Source: Eledone cirrhosa
Taxonomy: Eukaryota
Assembly (NCBI GenBank): GCA_964016885.1
Contig: OZ024740.1
Location: 139,190,001 to 139,254,000 of the forward strand
DNA: 64,000 nt
Direction: 5' to 3'
Part shown: positions 1 to 13,945 of the stretch, piece after piece
Position numbering within the stretch: the stretch's first letter is position 1
How the letters are laid out: every line of letters begins with the position of its first letter
Position numbers and translations under genes: made by a program
The notes under the pieces: model-generated
The model's input: the letters and a program-made list of their open reading frames with translations, nothing else
Database searches by the model: none
Told to the model about the DNA's origin: nothing

Positions 1-1400
1 CCTGAGCGCCTGAGCACACTCAGTGTGCCAGTCTCCCAGTTTTCCGGATCTTTGCTTGACCCAGGACTGTAGCTCGGTGAGCGAGACGAGTCTCGGAAAG
101 GCTCGTTTCACGAACGGAGCCCACACCGGTTGACCAGTGAGGAATACCTGTAGGTGCCGTAGCCTTAATGCGTGCCTACGCATCATCAACCACGGCATCC
201 CCAGCCCTCCTTTCGAAGGTTGTTGGCAGCAGATGGATCTTCTCACCATAGGAGGGCGCTTCTTCCAAAGAAATTGGAAGAGCATGCGTTCCATGGTGGT
301 GAGTGTTTCCTTAGGGCAAGGCACGACATTCAGGCGGTAGTAAGTGACGGACGCTATGTAAATGTTCGCCACCTCCGCCCGGCCTTTTAGGGACAGCTTA
401 CACTTGGCCCATTTCTGGGTTAGTGCAAACACCTTGTTCGTAACCTCGTTCCAGTTCTTTTCCACCTGGAGGTCCAGTCCAAACCAGACCCCAAGCAACT
501 TTACCGGGCCCTCCGTCCAGTGTCCGACGACACCGTCAGGAGGCATCGGTCTGCCTCTCCACGTTCCGAGTTGCAGCCCGATGGATTTTTCCCGGTTCAG
601 TTTCGCTCCTGACAACCTTTCGTACTCCTCCAGTAAGGTACCGATCGCCTCGATCTCCGAGTTGGTCGATACCATTACTGTTACGTCATCGGCGTAGGCC
701 GACACCGCTTTACTCAATCCTGGTTCCAGGGGGATACCCTGCAACAACTCCAACCTCCTCAGTAAAGGCTCGAGAGTCAATACGTACAGAAGGGAGGAGA
801 GAGGGCACCCCTGTCGAATGGATCGTGTGATTTCGAACGGCTTCGAAAGGTAGCCGTTCACCTTGATCCTAGAACAGATGTGGTTGCTATGTAAGGCAGT
901 GTTCCAGCCTCTGAAAACAGGACCGAACCCAGCCGCCGCTAGCACCGCATCCAGGTAACCATGGTCGACCCTATCGAACGCCTTAGACTGATCCAAGTTG
1001 ATCAGGGCCCCTCCGAAGCCGGGTTTGTTGCCAACCCTCTCTATGATGTATCGCATGAGGTGGAGGTTATCGTGAATGGACCTGGATGGGATAGCACATG
1101 TCTGCGCATCTCCCACCAGGCCACCCACGACAAGCGCCAACCTCTTTGCTAACACCTTGGCCAAAATCTTTAACTCTGTGTTTAGCAGGGTTATGGGCCG
1201 AAAATTATTTATACTATCTCCCTTGTTCTCGTCCTTCCTCACCAGCGTGACTACGCCCTTGGCTACAGAACAAGGAATTCTCCCGTTCTGCTGCCAATTG
1301 CAGTAGACCGCTTCGAGGAGTTCGGAGAAGAAGACCGGCATTGCTAAATAAAGTTCGTAAGGTATACCATCGAGACCTGGGGATTTGCGTCTGCTGCATT
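1..1400 (-). pseudogene. ORF2 reverse transcriptase region of the Tx1-like LINE (disrupted)
   Basis: Manual minus-strand translation: NNFRPITLLNTELKILAK (~1160-1210), ALINLDQSKAFDRVDH (~960-1010), TRSIRQGCPLSSLLYV (~781-828), AVSAYADDVTV (~676-708). Confidence 0.92.
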
Positions 1401-1403
1401 GGC

Positions 1404-2753
1404 TCAGCGCATCTCCGATCTCATCAGCCGAGATTGGTCCCTCGCAGGACTCTGCCTCTTCGCTCGAGAGACGCGCGGCAGGCCGTCGAGGTATGGACCG
1501 AAACCCACGCCCCCGCCCGGATCCTCGCCTCCCCCGAACAATCGGGCAAAGTGCCTTTGAAAGGCCTCGCACATCTGCTTAGGCTTCCGGATCACCCGTC
1601 CATCTTCGTCTGGCAACGACCGGATGGTGGATCGATTTCCACTCTTAGCTTCTGTCACGCGGGCCCAGCCAACGGCTTTGGCCCCCTCATTACCTAGAGC
1701 ACGTATTTTACTTCGAATGACGCAGCCTTCGTGCTTTGCATCGAAAAACTGGTTCAAGGCCGTCCTCGATGCCAGCACTCTGGCCACATCTTCGTTCTTG
1801 ATTGCCTCTTCTAATTTACCTGTTAATTCTTTCTCGTTTCTATTCCTATCGGCAGCTAACATCTTGCTATAACTTATTGATTCTGTTCTAATCTCTCCTT
1901 TGAGAGATGCCCACCATCGGTTGTTGACGATTGCACCCGTCAACCTCTCCTTAACTAATCTGCTAATCCGGTTTCTGTAAGTCTCTTTTGCCGGTAAAGA
2001 CAAATTAAGTTTCCAGTAACCGGGACCCTGTTTATGTGTTTTCTCGAGATTGACTACGCAGGTCACTAATTTGTGATCCGTGTAGCCAACCGTGCGCATT
2101 TCTGGACAGCTTAATATGTCCCTATCCTTACTTCTAACTAAGAATCTATCTAAGTACGATCTAGATTGACCACTGTGGTTTCTCCAAGTCCAGGTAGGCA
2201 CAGTTGGAAAATCTAGTCGATATCTATCGACCAAGTTAAAACGGTCGAGTAACCCCTTGAGGATGTTACACCCTCCTCTATTAGGACATGCTCCTGCATA
2301 GTCCCAACGTGCATCTAGGATGTCATTCCAATCCCCCGCTAGAAGCAGGGAAAGCGACGTTCCCAGAAAAGTCTCCAAACGCTGGAAGAAGTCGGACCGT
2401 TCAGCTCCGAAAGGGGAGTAGACGGCAACCAGTCTCAAGGCCGCACTTTCACTACTGCCAACGTCTAGCACCAACAAACGACCCTCCGGTTCCGAGTGCA
2501 CAACTTGTACGGCAAGACCCAGGTGTTTTTGCAGCAGTACGACAACCCCACCCCCACCTCCAGGTTGACAGAAAGATGCATGCACCTCAAAGTCATCGAA
2601 GGTGGGGGCCAGCTGCCGCACGACGCTGATTCGAGTCTCACAGATAACCATTACATTTATACTACATGACCTGAGGTCATTTAGAAGCTTTGCTTGCTTC
2701 CAAGTTGAGCCCAGGCCACGTGCATTCAAACATCCTACTCATAACACATCCAT
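1404..2753 (-). pseudogene. ORF2 N-terminal APE endonuclease domain of the Tx1-like LINE
   Basis: MDVL*VGCLNARGL (ATG at 2753, in-frame stop), VICETR, LAGDWN, SYLDRFLV, TDHKLV, GPGYWKLN. Confidence 0.92.
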
Positions 2754-2786
2754 GTGGGCAGCAGAGCCAAAGGAGAGTGTAGAGAC

Positions 2787-4513
2787 CTACCTTTCCGCTT
2801 CCCGGGGTTCGGGTTGCACGACTTCCATGGGGTCGGGGGTGTTGGGTGAAGGGGTGTCTTGTGGTGGTGTGGGGTCGTCAGTGTGTGGTGGGGTTGGGGT
2901 GTTTGGAGTTGTGTTGGGGAGGGGAAGGGGAGGGGGAAAGCTTTTTAGTAGGACGCGGTTTATGGGTTTGACAGAGGGTGGTCCTACGTCCTCCTTAAAA
3001 TCCTTTTTTAGTTTTTGGTAGAGGTTCATTGGGATCTTTATTAGTTTTAAATGTGGGTAGTTTTCCGAAGAAACAAAGTTTACACCTTCGGTTTGTACCG
3101 AAGGATTATTGTATATGAGTTCATTTAATTTATTATTGTTTCTGTTGATGTAAGTATAGTGTAATGTCTTTTTTTCGGATGGTGTGAGTGTTTCGAAGAG
3201 GGGAGGGGCAGGTTTGGTTTTGTTTGTTGCTGGAGGGGTGTTTTCTGTTTTGTTGGATTGTGTTGACATTTGGGTGGGGGTTGTTTGGCCTTGTGTGTTT
3301 TGTACATGTTTTCTTTTTTTTTCTTTTAATCTGTCTGAAGGACTCCGTTTCTTCCTCCGAATTCGTTGGGTTATCTTCAGTGTTGGAGGGAAGAGGTATG
3401 TTTGCTGGTAATGTTTCCGTGTTGGTTTTCTTTGTGGGGGAGATGGATGTCACTATGTTAGACTGTGTTGTGTGTTGTGTCTGCGGAGGTTGTGTTGTTT
3501 TATTGAGTGAGAGGTTGGGTGGGCCTGTATTTTGTTTTGGGGTAATGTGTTGTGACTGTTTGTGTTGTGGTGGTGGTGTGGTTTTACTGAGGGACGGGTT
3601 GGGTGGGACTGAGTTTTGTTGTTTGTTTATCTGTTGTGGTGGTGGTGGTGGAGCTGGTGTTGGTAGCAGGGTTTTCTTTTTGTTGAGTTGGGGACAAGCG
3701 GCCTTCAGGTGCCCTCTTCCTGCACAGATATGGCAGGAAGGCCTTCTCCCCTCCACGCTAATGTTTATATACCCGTGGCCCTCTAATAGGATTCTGTCGG
3801 GTATTTGGGCGATGCGTTCAGGCTTCATTTGCACTACCAGCTCTATACCTGTTCCACTGAACGCATTGCCTGTGGTTTTCCCAATGGAAATCACGTTGTC
3901 ATTCACTGGATCGATGAAGCCAGCTATGAGCCAGCAGTAGTCCACATCTGGCATCATTGCATCCAGCCATATGCGTTGAGTTCTTTTCCCCATATAAGAT
4001 GGATAAAAGGTGAAATTTTTCGAACGAATCGGTGACAAAGCACATTTTTTTGCCGCCGATTCGTTCTTCATGATAATTGCTAGGCTTCCATACAGTCTGT
4101 CTTTTCTTATGAAAGTGGTTTCATTAAGTACTTCTGTGAGTACTGTTTTGATATCTGCTTGAGAAGGCTGTTCAGGTTTTTTTTGTACTGTTGTTGATGG
4201 TCCGAAACTTGACCGTTCGGCTTTCAATGTCTTTGGTGAATTCTTGAGGCATTTTTACCGATAAAATACCATTCTCTCCTTCACTTATGTATTGTTTGGC
4301 GTCTGTGATCCTTCGTGCCACATCTGAAATATTTTCCGGTATATAAGTCAAAGATTTCTTTGTTTTCTGTGCAAATGAAATCTTGTCGTCTGCTTTGCTT
4401 TCTGATATGGTGTTATTTTCAAATGTTATTTTTGTGTTTGTTGTGTCTTTGTTTGTGTTATTAGTATTGTCATGCAATTTTTCAAATTTTTTTTTTTCGT
4501 TGTTGGAATCCAT
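2787..4513 (-). pseudogene. ORF1 (gag-like zinc-knuckle protein) of the Tx1-like LINE, split by frameshifts into three ORFs
   Basis: Overlapping ORFs 4172-4513, 3133-4227 and 2787-3269; CHICAGRGHLKAAC = CX2CX4HX4C; Pro/Thr-rich C-terminal part; lies directly upstream of ORF2. Confidence 0.85.
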
Positions 4514-4909
4514 GTCCAGATTTGTGTTTTCGTCATTTTTTTTTCCTCGCAGATTCGTCTGTTTTTATTTTAATTTTTCCTTCCTTCTCTATGACGTTAG
4601 TTGGGAAGGAAGGGGGAACTAAAGCGTGCGAGCTTACAACTCTTACCGCTGTCCCCCCACCACTATTTTCGTTCGCTGCGTTTAACATTTCTGTTAGACG
4701 ATTGAAATTTTTTTTGCCACAAAATTTTTTAAAACAGGTTTTTCACCTCTAGGAGGGGTAAAGATGAGCTGACCCACCGCCTGACAGTTCAGACGGGGGC
4801 TCAAGCTACACAATTGTATCAAAATTAAGTTTGAACTCACAAAATTTCCTCAATAAATTTGAACAAAACTTCTGCGCGAAGTGAATTACATCCACACTGT
4901 AGAACAGAC

Positions 4910-4910
<1 letters not shown>

Positions 4911-4940
<30 letters not shown>
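4911..4940. repeat. (GATA)n microsatellite between two Tx1 copies
   Basis: Direct reading. Confidence 0.95.
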
Positions 4941-4941
<1 letters not shown>

Positions 4942-5307
4942 TATTTCTTTATTTACCATAAAGGCATAAAAAGAAGGGACAAATACAAAGGGGGAGTTTA
5001 CATATAATCGAGTAAAAAGGTTGTAACATGAAAATAATCGAAAATAACCTCAAAAGGGAGGGGACGTGATGGGGGTTGCACACACCCCCGAAAAAGTGTG
5101 CAATCCTTTGCCCGAGGAGCACATGAAGAAGGTGCTCCCCTCTCCTTTACTTCTTTACCTACAGGATGGTATACAGAGAAGGCCCATTTACACGAGCCAT
5201 TCTCGCCACTATCACCCACCTTTCATAAAGCTGCCTGTGGCCAAGCACCTCTCTCTCCATTCTTATCCTTCTTCCGAAGTGATATCGGAAGAAGTAGACC
5301 ATACTGT

Positions 5308-5308
<1 letters not shown>
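4941..5308 (-). mobile_element. 5'-truncated Tx1-like LINE 3' end (ORF2 C-terminus plus 3'UTR)
   Basis: MVYFFRYHFGRRIRMEREVLGHRQLYERWVIVARMARVNGPSLYTIL* resembles Tx1 ORF2 C-termini; UTR ends ...GGTAAATAAAGAAATAT and runs into (ATCT)n. Confidence 0.7.

Positions 5309-5404
<96 letters not shown>
5309..5404. repeat. (GATA)n microsatellite
   Basis: Direct reading. Confidence 0.97.
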
Positions 5405-6295
5405 TGTCAAGTGGCTAGAGCAGAGGTTAATTTATGCTATGATCAAACAAAAAAGTAATACTACAACAGCACGAACTTATCCCCATCCTCCGCAATCTGA
5501 AAGTGCCAAACTGTCAAAACACTGTAGAAGCTGTAGAAGATAATTAATACCATCAGCTATCTCCCTGAAGTTTTCGAAACCTTACTTACCATGTGGACAT
5601 GATTCTACCCCAAGAACTTTCAATGATTTAGTACAACATCCTAAAAGCGCGACCTTTTACGTTTTAACTTCAAATCTCTTTACGGTCAACTTTGCCTTTT
5701 ATCCTTCTGGGGTCGACTAAATAAAGTGCCAATGAAGTATTGGGTCGTTATAATAGACTTTACACATTAGAAATAATTAATAATTAATAATTAATATGTG
5801 TACACATTAGAAATAATTAATAATTAATATTTTTGATGGTTTGCAGAGTAATTATTTTGTAATTTGGATCTTTTATTGTATGTCGAGTCCCAACAAGAAC
5901 CTTAGACTGACAGCACGTCAGGGAAATGCTTTAGTGGTGACCAATATATTTTTCGAAGTCTATTTGCTAAATATGCCCTCTCTGTACTAGTGGTGTCAAA
6001 CCCAAAGCTCCTAACTGGAATTATCTTGATATTGTTAGGTGCAATTTCGATCTTCATGCAATTTCGATCTTCAAGTATATTACAATGTTTTTTCAATCTC
6101 TTTTAAGGTTATGCTTTTGTGTACTCAGAGTAATATTGTTAAGTTTTGTTGTTAGTCATCTAGTTGTATTGTGAAATAGATATTTACGTTCTGAGTTCAT
6201 TTTTACGGGGTCGATAAAATAAAGTACCAGTAATGCACTGGGTAATTGCTGGCCTTGTGCCTAACGTAGAAACAATTATTATTATTACTGCTGTT

Positions 6296-6478
6296 AGGGT
6301 GGTGGATTGGCAGTATTGGTAGAACGTCAGACACCTTACTTTGCAGCATAGAGTTATGGTCCTTTACGGTCTGAGTTCAAATCCCGCCGAGGTTAACTTT
6401 GCCTTTCATCGATAAAATAAAGTACCAGTAATGCACTGGTAATTGCTGGCCTTGTGTCAAAAGTAGAAATAATTGTTA
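6296..6478 (+). mobile_element. tRNA-derived SINE family A copy; the family has roughly 30 full or partial copies in the window
   Basis: A-box TGGCAGTATTGGTAGA, B-box GAGTTCAAATCC, body TTTGCCTTTCATC..GATAAAATAAAGTACCAGT, tail GGCCTTGTG..AAAGTAGAA(A). Confidence 0.85.
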
Positions 6479-7824
6479 TTATTATTGTTGTTGTACCCGT
6501 TTCTTTTTTTCCTTTTGCTATTCGGAAGCATTATATATACATATATAATATTGCTTAAATTAACGAATATTGTGAAAATATTTAGGCTACATATTCAGGC
6601 AACATATTCATTCCATCAAATGTACTGCATAACAGGCCAGATGATATTATTGGGTACTTTAAAGCAGAAAAAAATATAATAAAGGGGAAATCTAAGAAAC
6701 GAAAGAGGTCAAATGTGCAAGCGATGCAAATGTCAATGCGAAAATAATGTAAAAGAGAACACATATGATGCTAAACAGCTATCATATAAAAGGTTTAAGG
6801 TATAAACATTACTGCACTTAGTTACCTTACTAAAATAATTTTAGCAATGAATCATTTAGCAATTATTCTTTTTTTTTTAAGAGAGAAAGCGAAAAATTGC
6901 TGATGAAAATTTTTTCAGGCTGTCCCCACCCGCTTCATTTAACCAAACTTTAGTTAAGTTAAATATTTTCCTCTACGCAAGAGCAGTGGATTGGTAGAAT
7001 GGTTAAAATGTCGGACAAATGCAGCACTTAGTTATGGCTCTTTACGTTCTCAGTTCAATTTCCACGGAGATCAATATAGCCTTTCATTTTTCCGGTCTCG
7101 ATGAAAAAAAACAAAACAAAAAAACTAAAAATACTGGAATTGTTTTTCCTAAACTGTCGTAATTGTCCTCAAATTAGAAACTATTATGTTCTTCTACACA
7201 ACGATACTAGTATTTATGATATCATTGTTGCTTGTTGCATATTTTTGTTTCTTTTCTGGCGTTGATAGGCGTGAGACAGGCCACCTTCTTTGCCAGTATA
7301 GTTGCATGTGTACCGCCTTGCGGGCTTAAGGCTATCGGTTTAGTTGTGTGAGCGTTGTGAAAATGTATGCCTAAGATATGTGTGGAGTGTATTTTGCTGG
7401 CGGATATGTTCCAATACTAGCATTTTATTGAAGCGACATAGAATACAAGTCCAGGTGGTGGTGGTGGTGGTGGTGGTGGTATTCATTTTAAAATTGAGTA
7501 AGCTGGTGCAACATCAAATGAAGTGTCTTCCTGATACGGGAATCGAACTCAAGACCAATAGAGTTTTTCAGCAAATACGTTAATCTATTATATATTTCAT
7601 TCTACTACATACATCGAGTTTTAAATCTATTAGAAACGCACGCACACACACAGACATACAGACATTTACGTTTGTATATATATATATATCATTTTCAGCG
7701 ACTCGCCTGGTGATGTGAGGAAATGTTTTAATCACAAAGTCTAAAAACTGTTACTCAACAAATTCCTTGCGTGCGCAAACACGCATATTCATACATATAC
7801 ATAACTACATACGCACATGTATAC

Positions 7825-7909
<85 letters not shown>

Positions 7910-8022
7910 AAAGGTATAGAATTTGCAGTTATTAATTCCTTCCCCTACGTGTTGATTTAAAATATCGCCGACGTCGATTTTCTTTCTTATCACTGCCCAA
8001 GTAGATAAAGACTAATCTATAT

Positions 8023-8074
<52 letters not shown>

Positions 8075-8682
8075 GTATACGTAATCAATCACAAGTACAT
8101 ACAGACGTGCACTGACATGTAATATGCCTGTGTGTGTTTATTTGGTCACGCACGCACACATGTATGTTGACTTTTCTCATATTATATATATATATACATA
8201 TATATATTGCCCATACATACACAACCACACACACACACGCGCGGGCACACACACACAAAATTTCAATCCTATTATTTCTTTGTGAAACGACACTAAGATT
8301 CCTTCCTGAAAGCTTAGATAAAACAATTCAAAGTATTCGAAAAACTGTTGGCCTTTTATCTTGGCACGTTAAGTAGTCTTTGCTTATTTTGAAAATGGCC
8401 AGCTATTAGCTTTTTCAAGGATCTCTACAGCATGAAATAACTGTGTCACGGGATTGCTTTAGGTCGGATTTCTTACAGCAAAAGCAAGAATGAAACAACA
8501 ACAATTAAATACATAAGCAAAACGGAAATGTCTCTTCACTAGAAACAACAATATAAAACAAAAATAAAATCAGTTTGGCGAAAGAGGTATGGACGTGTAA
8601 TTCAAAATGGTGTCGTAGGGAGTGTCTGGAGCATTTTTTAAAACCTGGCTGAGCCTATTTCTTTTCATATCTGATCATAGCC

Positions 8683-8746
<64 letters not shown>

Positions 8747-8756
8747 CATTGAGAGA

Positions 8757-8807
<51 letters not shown>

Positions 8808-10774
8808 CGAGAAAGAACGAGGGCGAGAGAGAAAGAGAGAGAGAGAGGGGGAGAAGTACGAGAAAGAATCGACAGCAGTTCTGGATTGATACTTTATTTA
8901 TCGATCTCCGAAAAATGAAAGGCAAACTTCACGTCGGCGCGATTTTAACACAGTGCGCAGAGAATCGTAACGACAACTACAAACCATTTTATTTGACGTT
9001 TTAACGACGCTGCCAATTCGACGCCTATAGTGACGTTAAAAGTAAATATGATGGTAGTGTTGATGGTAGTAGTGATATTGTGGTGCTGGTGTTTGTCAGA
9101 GCCTTCGAGTAAAATATTACGAGGCGGAGAAAGAGTGCATTTGAGATATCCCCGGATAATTGCAGTTAGAACTCCTCTCAAAATTCAAAGGAGCCGTAAT
9201 ATTTTATTTCTATTTATTTTCATTAAGAGGAGAGTCGGATATTCACGAACTTCTATCTTTGGTAAACTAATCGGTTGTCTAGTTTAATACCACCACAATC
9301 TGTCCCATGGGTACCTTTTAGGTAGTCAACTCTGTTGCAAGCATTTGAGCCAGGTCTTTACTTTCAGGCTCCATTCCTCGCTTCCTCACACAATTCTCTT
9401 TATTGGTTGATTTATGTTACCATTAGTCACTATTTCTACATGCAGATCCTGTACCCAATATATACTTTCATCTTCATACTTATTCTTATTGGAAGTACAG
9501 GATATATACCAATCCGCTTGGATCAAAATATAACTGAACTTGGATTTGTGGAGAAAGAACGTCGCTCCTTAATTCATAAGCTACAAATGGTCGCAATATC
9601 TGGAAATTTCAAAGAATGAACAATTGCACAAGAGATATCGGAAATTTTCTATTTTGGTAACAACCTTACCACCAGCAATGTGACCGGTTAAAAATGAACA
9701 GAAAATAAAGAGAATGAGAAGAACTTACATACATATGTACGTAGGTAAATACATACACACGTTCATGTGTTCATACATACATAATAGTTTCTTGAGTTGC
9801 CTTCTCCTAGAAGAATGCTCTGACAAAGGCTATGGGTCCTTCACTCCCAGTGGTTTTTACCGCGCGATCGGGTATCCAGCCTGATTATTTCTATCTCCCG
9901 CGCATATACATATGCATACACATAGATACATATATACATACATATATACATACATGCATATATACGTACATACATATATACATTGTTTGGGTGTTTGCTT
10001 CACAACAATCACGAAGTTTCAGGTTCAGTTCTACCAAGTGGGATCTTCAGCATGTGTCATGCCTAATACATTGGGAGTCGGATTTGATTGACGAAAATTG
10101 GTCGGAAGACCAAGTTCATGGTACATATGCTTGCGCATCCTTGGAGGTTTAATTAACACTGCTCTAAAATGACAACAAAGAACCGAAGTATAGGCACAAG
10201 TTCCTATTTATAGATACCGATATTGATTTAGATGGTGGTGGTTGTGTTGTTGTTGTTACTAATAATCAACGTTTTTCGAATCGTTATAGTCCCGTCTAAT
10301 TTTAATATATCAGGCCTAGCCCCACACCACCTTCCCAAAAAAGTATTTCAGAGCAAACTACACCAAAACTAGAGATTGTTCAAGCACTGTTAGAAAGAAA
10401 ATGCCACATTGCTCTCGTAGTAGCTCTGGCAAAAGAAGGATAAGTGAAGTCTACCAAGACCGTATAGTTTGCTTGAAAAATATAATATTTACTTAAATAC
10501 ATATAAGGAGCCGAAACACCTTCAGAGTTACTTCACCGCCTGATGAGACATCGACTCCAGCATTCGGAGATGGAGTAGAATAGCACCCTCAGCATAGATC
10601 TGTGTTTACCGGTAAGGATTAATTCCGTTTAGTAACAGGTAACTAACATTTTACACTTTCAAAGAAAGTCCTCTGAAGGGATTTATATTGCCTGCTTCAG
10701 GATGAAACAATTATAAATCAAATTATGATGTAAATAATTGTTTGGTAACATATTCTAATGAATATATATGTAAA

Positions 10775-11655
10775 CTAGCGGATTTACCCGGCGTTGCCCG
10801 GGGTTTGAAATTATGCTAAGAATATACAGCGAGGAAGTAAAAGAAGAACATTATTTGTCCCCAACCTGTCAAAATAAGCAGAAGTCTTCAATAATTAATG
10901 AAAACGAATATTTAGTGCAATCTTTGTACACATAAAACTATGCTGATAATGAAGGAAAATACTGAACAGGATGTAGTTATACAAATGATTAAAGACAATA
11001 CACGTTGCAAATCTGTAAAAAAACAGGCAGTTTTTCCAAAGTACAAAAAGTTGTAATGAAAGCAGAGTTGTATACAAACAAATAAAAACAATGAGAGTAG
11101 AATAAAAGAAAATGTATTCTTTGAGAGCATCCTTTGCTGTGTATGGTTAAATTTTGAACTTATAATCCAAAATATCCTGCATGACATATTCATTAGTATG
11201 TTTTGTAATGAGTAAGGTGAAGTCAAGGCAGAGCTGTAATAAGTGTTTTTGTTAACACTAAACCACTTCAAGATAGACGATATTCTTTGTTTTTCTTTTC
11301 GGAACAAACGCAAAGAGATTATCTCTACTGCCAACTCGTGAGCAGGCAACGTAGAATTGTCCGTGAGTAAAGCACGGTTCATCTAAGTGAATTCCAGCGA
11401 CGGACAGAGTTTGATCTGGCGACTTGTTTATGGACATCGCAAAGGCAACACGAAGGGGAAATTGGGTTCGGCGAAAGAAAAAATAATTTTGCTATCGATT
11501 TTTTATTGATCAACGTGGGTCGATTTGAAAAAATTGACCATCTTAGCGACAGGTGCAACGTGCACAGAAAATTTGGTCAAATTCGGTTGGGAATTGTAAA
11601 AGCCTTAGCTGTCCAAAGTTGTCCACAGAAACACACACGCACACACACATCCTCG

Positions 11656-11715
<60 letters not shown>
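10775..11715 (-). mobile_element. Non-autonomous Helitron
   Basis: Minus-strand 3' terminus CCCGGGCAACGCCGGG hairpin, ~8 nt, then CTAG|T; the other end runs into (TA)n; same terminus as the RepHel element at 54189. Confidence 0.7.
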
Positions 11716-11717
<2 letters not shown>

Positions 11718-12238
11718 ATAATCGGCCGATAAGCCAAATGTGGTAGAAATATATAAAGTGTAAAGGATGACATAAAAATCAAAACAAAGTAATGTTTTAT
11801 CCAATATATTTCAACATGATATTTCAGGGCTAAACCCCCTTTTCAAATGTGAAACGGAAACTGTTCAAAACAAAAAAGGAACGATCGATGCACTCTTCCT
11901 AACTGTGTCTGAAATACGCATACGTGGAGCCAATATAGTAGCCAATCTAACTCGTGCATTTCTAATCTATTATTGATCTGGAGTTTTCTTTTTGATCATA
12001 ATGGCCTCTTTCCGTCGACTCTATGGTAACTTCAATTTCTTGGCTGCGGCAGCAGTCAGCCGCTTTTTGACAGAAGCTCTCGTTCTCATGTGCTCCTTGA
12101 TCTGTATTCGCAGCATCTGGGCGGTAATTCAGATGTATGAGGAGCTACACTTTTTACATAGGATCTTGTACATAATATACGCTCTCATGCATACTTCGAC
12201 GTTGTTGATGGAACAATTTTATGTGTACGGGTATGTGC

Positions 12239-12289
<51 letters not shown>

Positions 12290-12298
12290 TATATATAT

Positions 12299-12400
<102 letters not shown>

Positions 12401-12800
12401 TCGCAAGTGTGTATATATATACACACACACACACAAATACATATATTGTGAGGACAACATATAATAAGAAACCTACTAAATCATGTTATCCAACGTCATT
12501 TGAGAACAACCACAAAAAAGACACATATCCATCTTTCTCGCCCTTCCCCGATGTTCTAATAGAACGGAAACTGGGACCTTCGTGGGTGGCGTGTCTTTGC
12601 GAAGTTCGTTTCTATACTACTTTCTTCATTAACGAAGATCTGAGGTAATTGCGGCTCTTTTTGATCGTGTATGTGTCCGCTGATGTGTGGTTGTGTATGT
12701 TGTATATACACGAAGACTATTATTTGTGTAAGTGCTATGCACACACACACACATACACCCATATATATGAGTGTGTATATACATGTGTATATATGTATGA

Positions 12801-12893
<93 letters not shown>

Positions 12894-13339
12894 AATGTAT
12901 GTATGTATATGAATTTGTCAGTCTGTCTAGGTGTATAGACATCTGATCACGCGTATGTACGAGGGTGTAGGATTACATGTGTGTGCCATGTATATAAAAA
13001 TATATACATGAGTATGTTGTACAAACACATGTACCAAAATGCCTATATATGTGATGTACACGCATATACACGCATATATATGTGTGTGTGTGTGTGTATG
13101 TGTGTTGGGGGGGGGGCATATATATATATACATGTGTGTGTGTTTGTGTGATAGTACTTTTCATCATTGTATTTGTTCTTTCTTTGGAAACTGACATAGG
13201 GTCACCCCCTAATTTGGTGATAGTATTTCCGGTTAAGGGCGCCCAGTATCATAAACTGGTGGGTTAACAAGTTCCATCTATCTCAAGCAGAAACATCTCA
13301 CAATCTCAGCCATATATGTGTGTTTTTGCGTATGTGTTA

Positions 13340-13510
13340 AGGTACGTGATTTAGTGGTCATAACGTTATGAGTTCGATTCCCGGTAACCCGCTGTGTCCT
13401 GTAGCAAGATACTTTATTTCATATTGCTTCAGTTCTCTCAGTTGGAAATAAATGAACTATATTTGTAATTCAAACAGTTAGCTTTGTCACACACTGAACC
13501 ACGCTGATTC
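13340..13510 (+). mobile_element. SINE family B (CORE-like) degraded copy
   Basis: GTTCGATTCC B-box followed by TGTGTCCTGTAGCAAGATACTTTATTTCATATTGCT; similar to 25283. Confidence 0.6.
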
Positions 13511-13744
13511 TGTTTCGTGCCACCTTGGTTACGTACATTCTAGGATAGCCACGGGTTGACCAATGCTTTGTGAATGAAATTTGTTCGATGGAACCTATGC
13601 GGAAGTCTGCTGTATGTATAATTATCGTTAATTTAGAAACCATTATCATTATCTATGCCCTTGTTGGCCCTTGTGGCCAATAAATGAAATCATTATTTAT
13701 GCCCTTGTGGCAAGTGGAAAAAATCCTTATTATCAGTAGATTGG

Positions 13745-13945
13745 AAGTGGATTGGCTGAATCAGAAGAGCGTCGGACAACATGCTTAGCGGCATAGCGTT
13801 ACGGCCCTTTACGTTCTGAGTTCAAATCCCGCCGAGGTTAGTTTTGCCTTCATCCTTATGGAGTCGATAAAATAAAGTAGCAGTAATGCACTGGGGTCGA
13901 TTTAATAAACTTTCCCCTCCTTCTGCCTAAAGCGGAAATCATTAT
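13745..13945 (+). mobile_element. SINE family A copy (long variant)
   Basis: Same A/B boxes and body, plus the GGGGTCGATTTAAT..TTTCCCCTCC segment. Confidence 0.8.

Larger units (their letters stand above)
1..4910 (-). mobile_element. Tx1/L1-type non-LTR retrotransposon, near full length (3' end outside window), inactivated by frameshifts and stops
   Basis: 5'UTR, ORF1 with CCHC knuckle, then ORF2 with APE endonuclease and RT motifs in order on the minus strand; the 5' end abuts (GATA)n at 4911. Confidence 0.92.

Noticed and set aside
137-4035. Plus-strand ORFs overlapping the LINE
   Set aside because: Antisense shadows of ORF1/ORF2 with no independent motifs
5761-5830. 40-bp tandem duplication
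   Set aside because: Simple local slippage in AT-rich DNA
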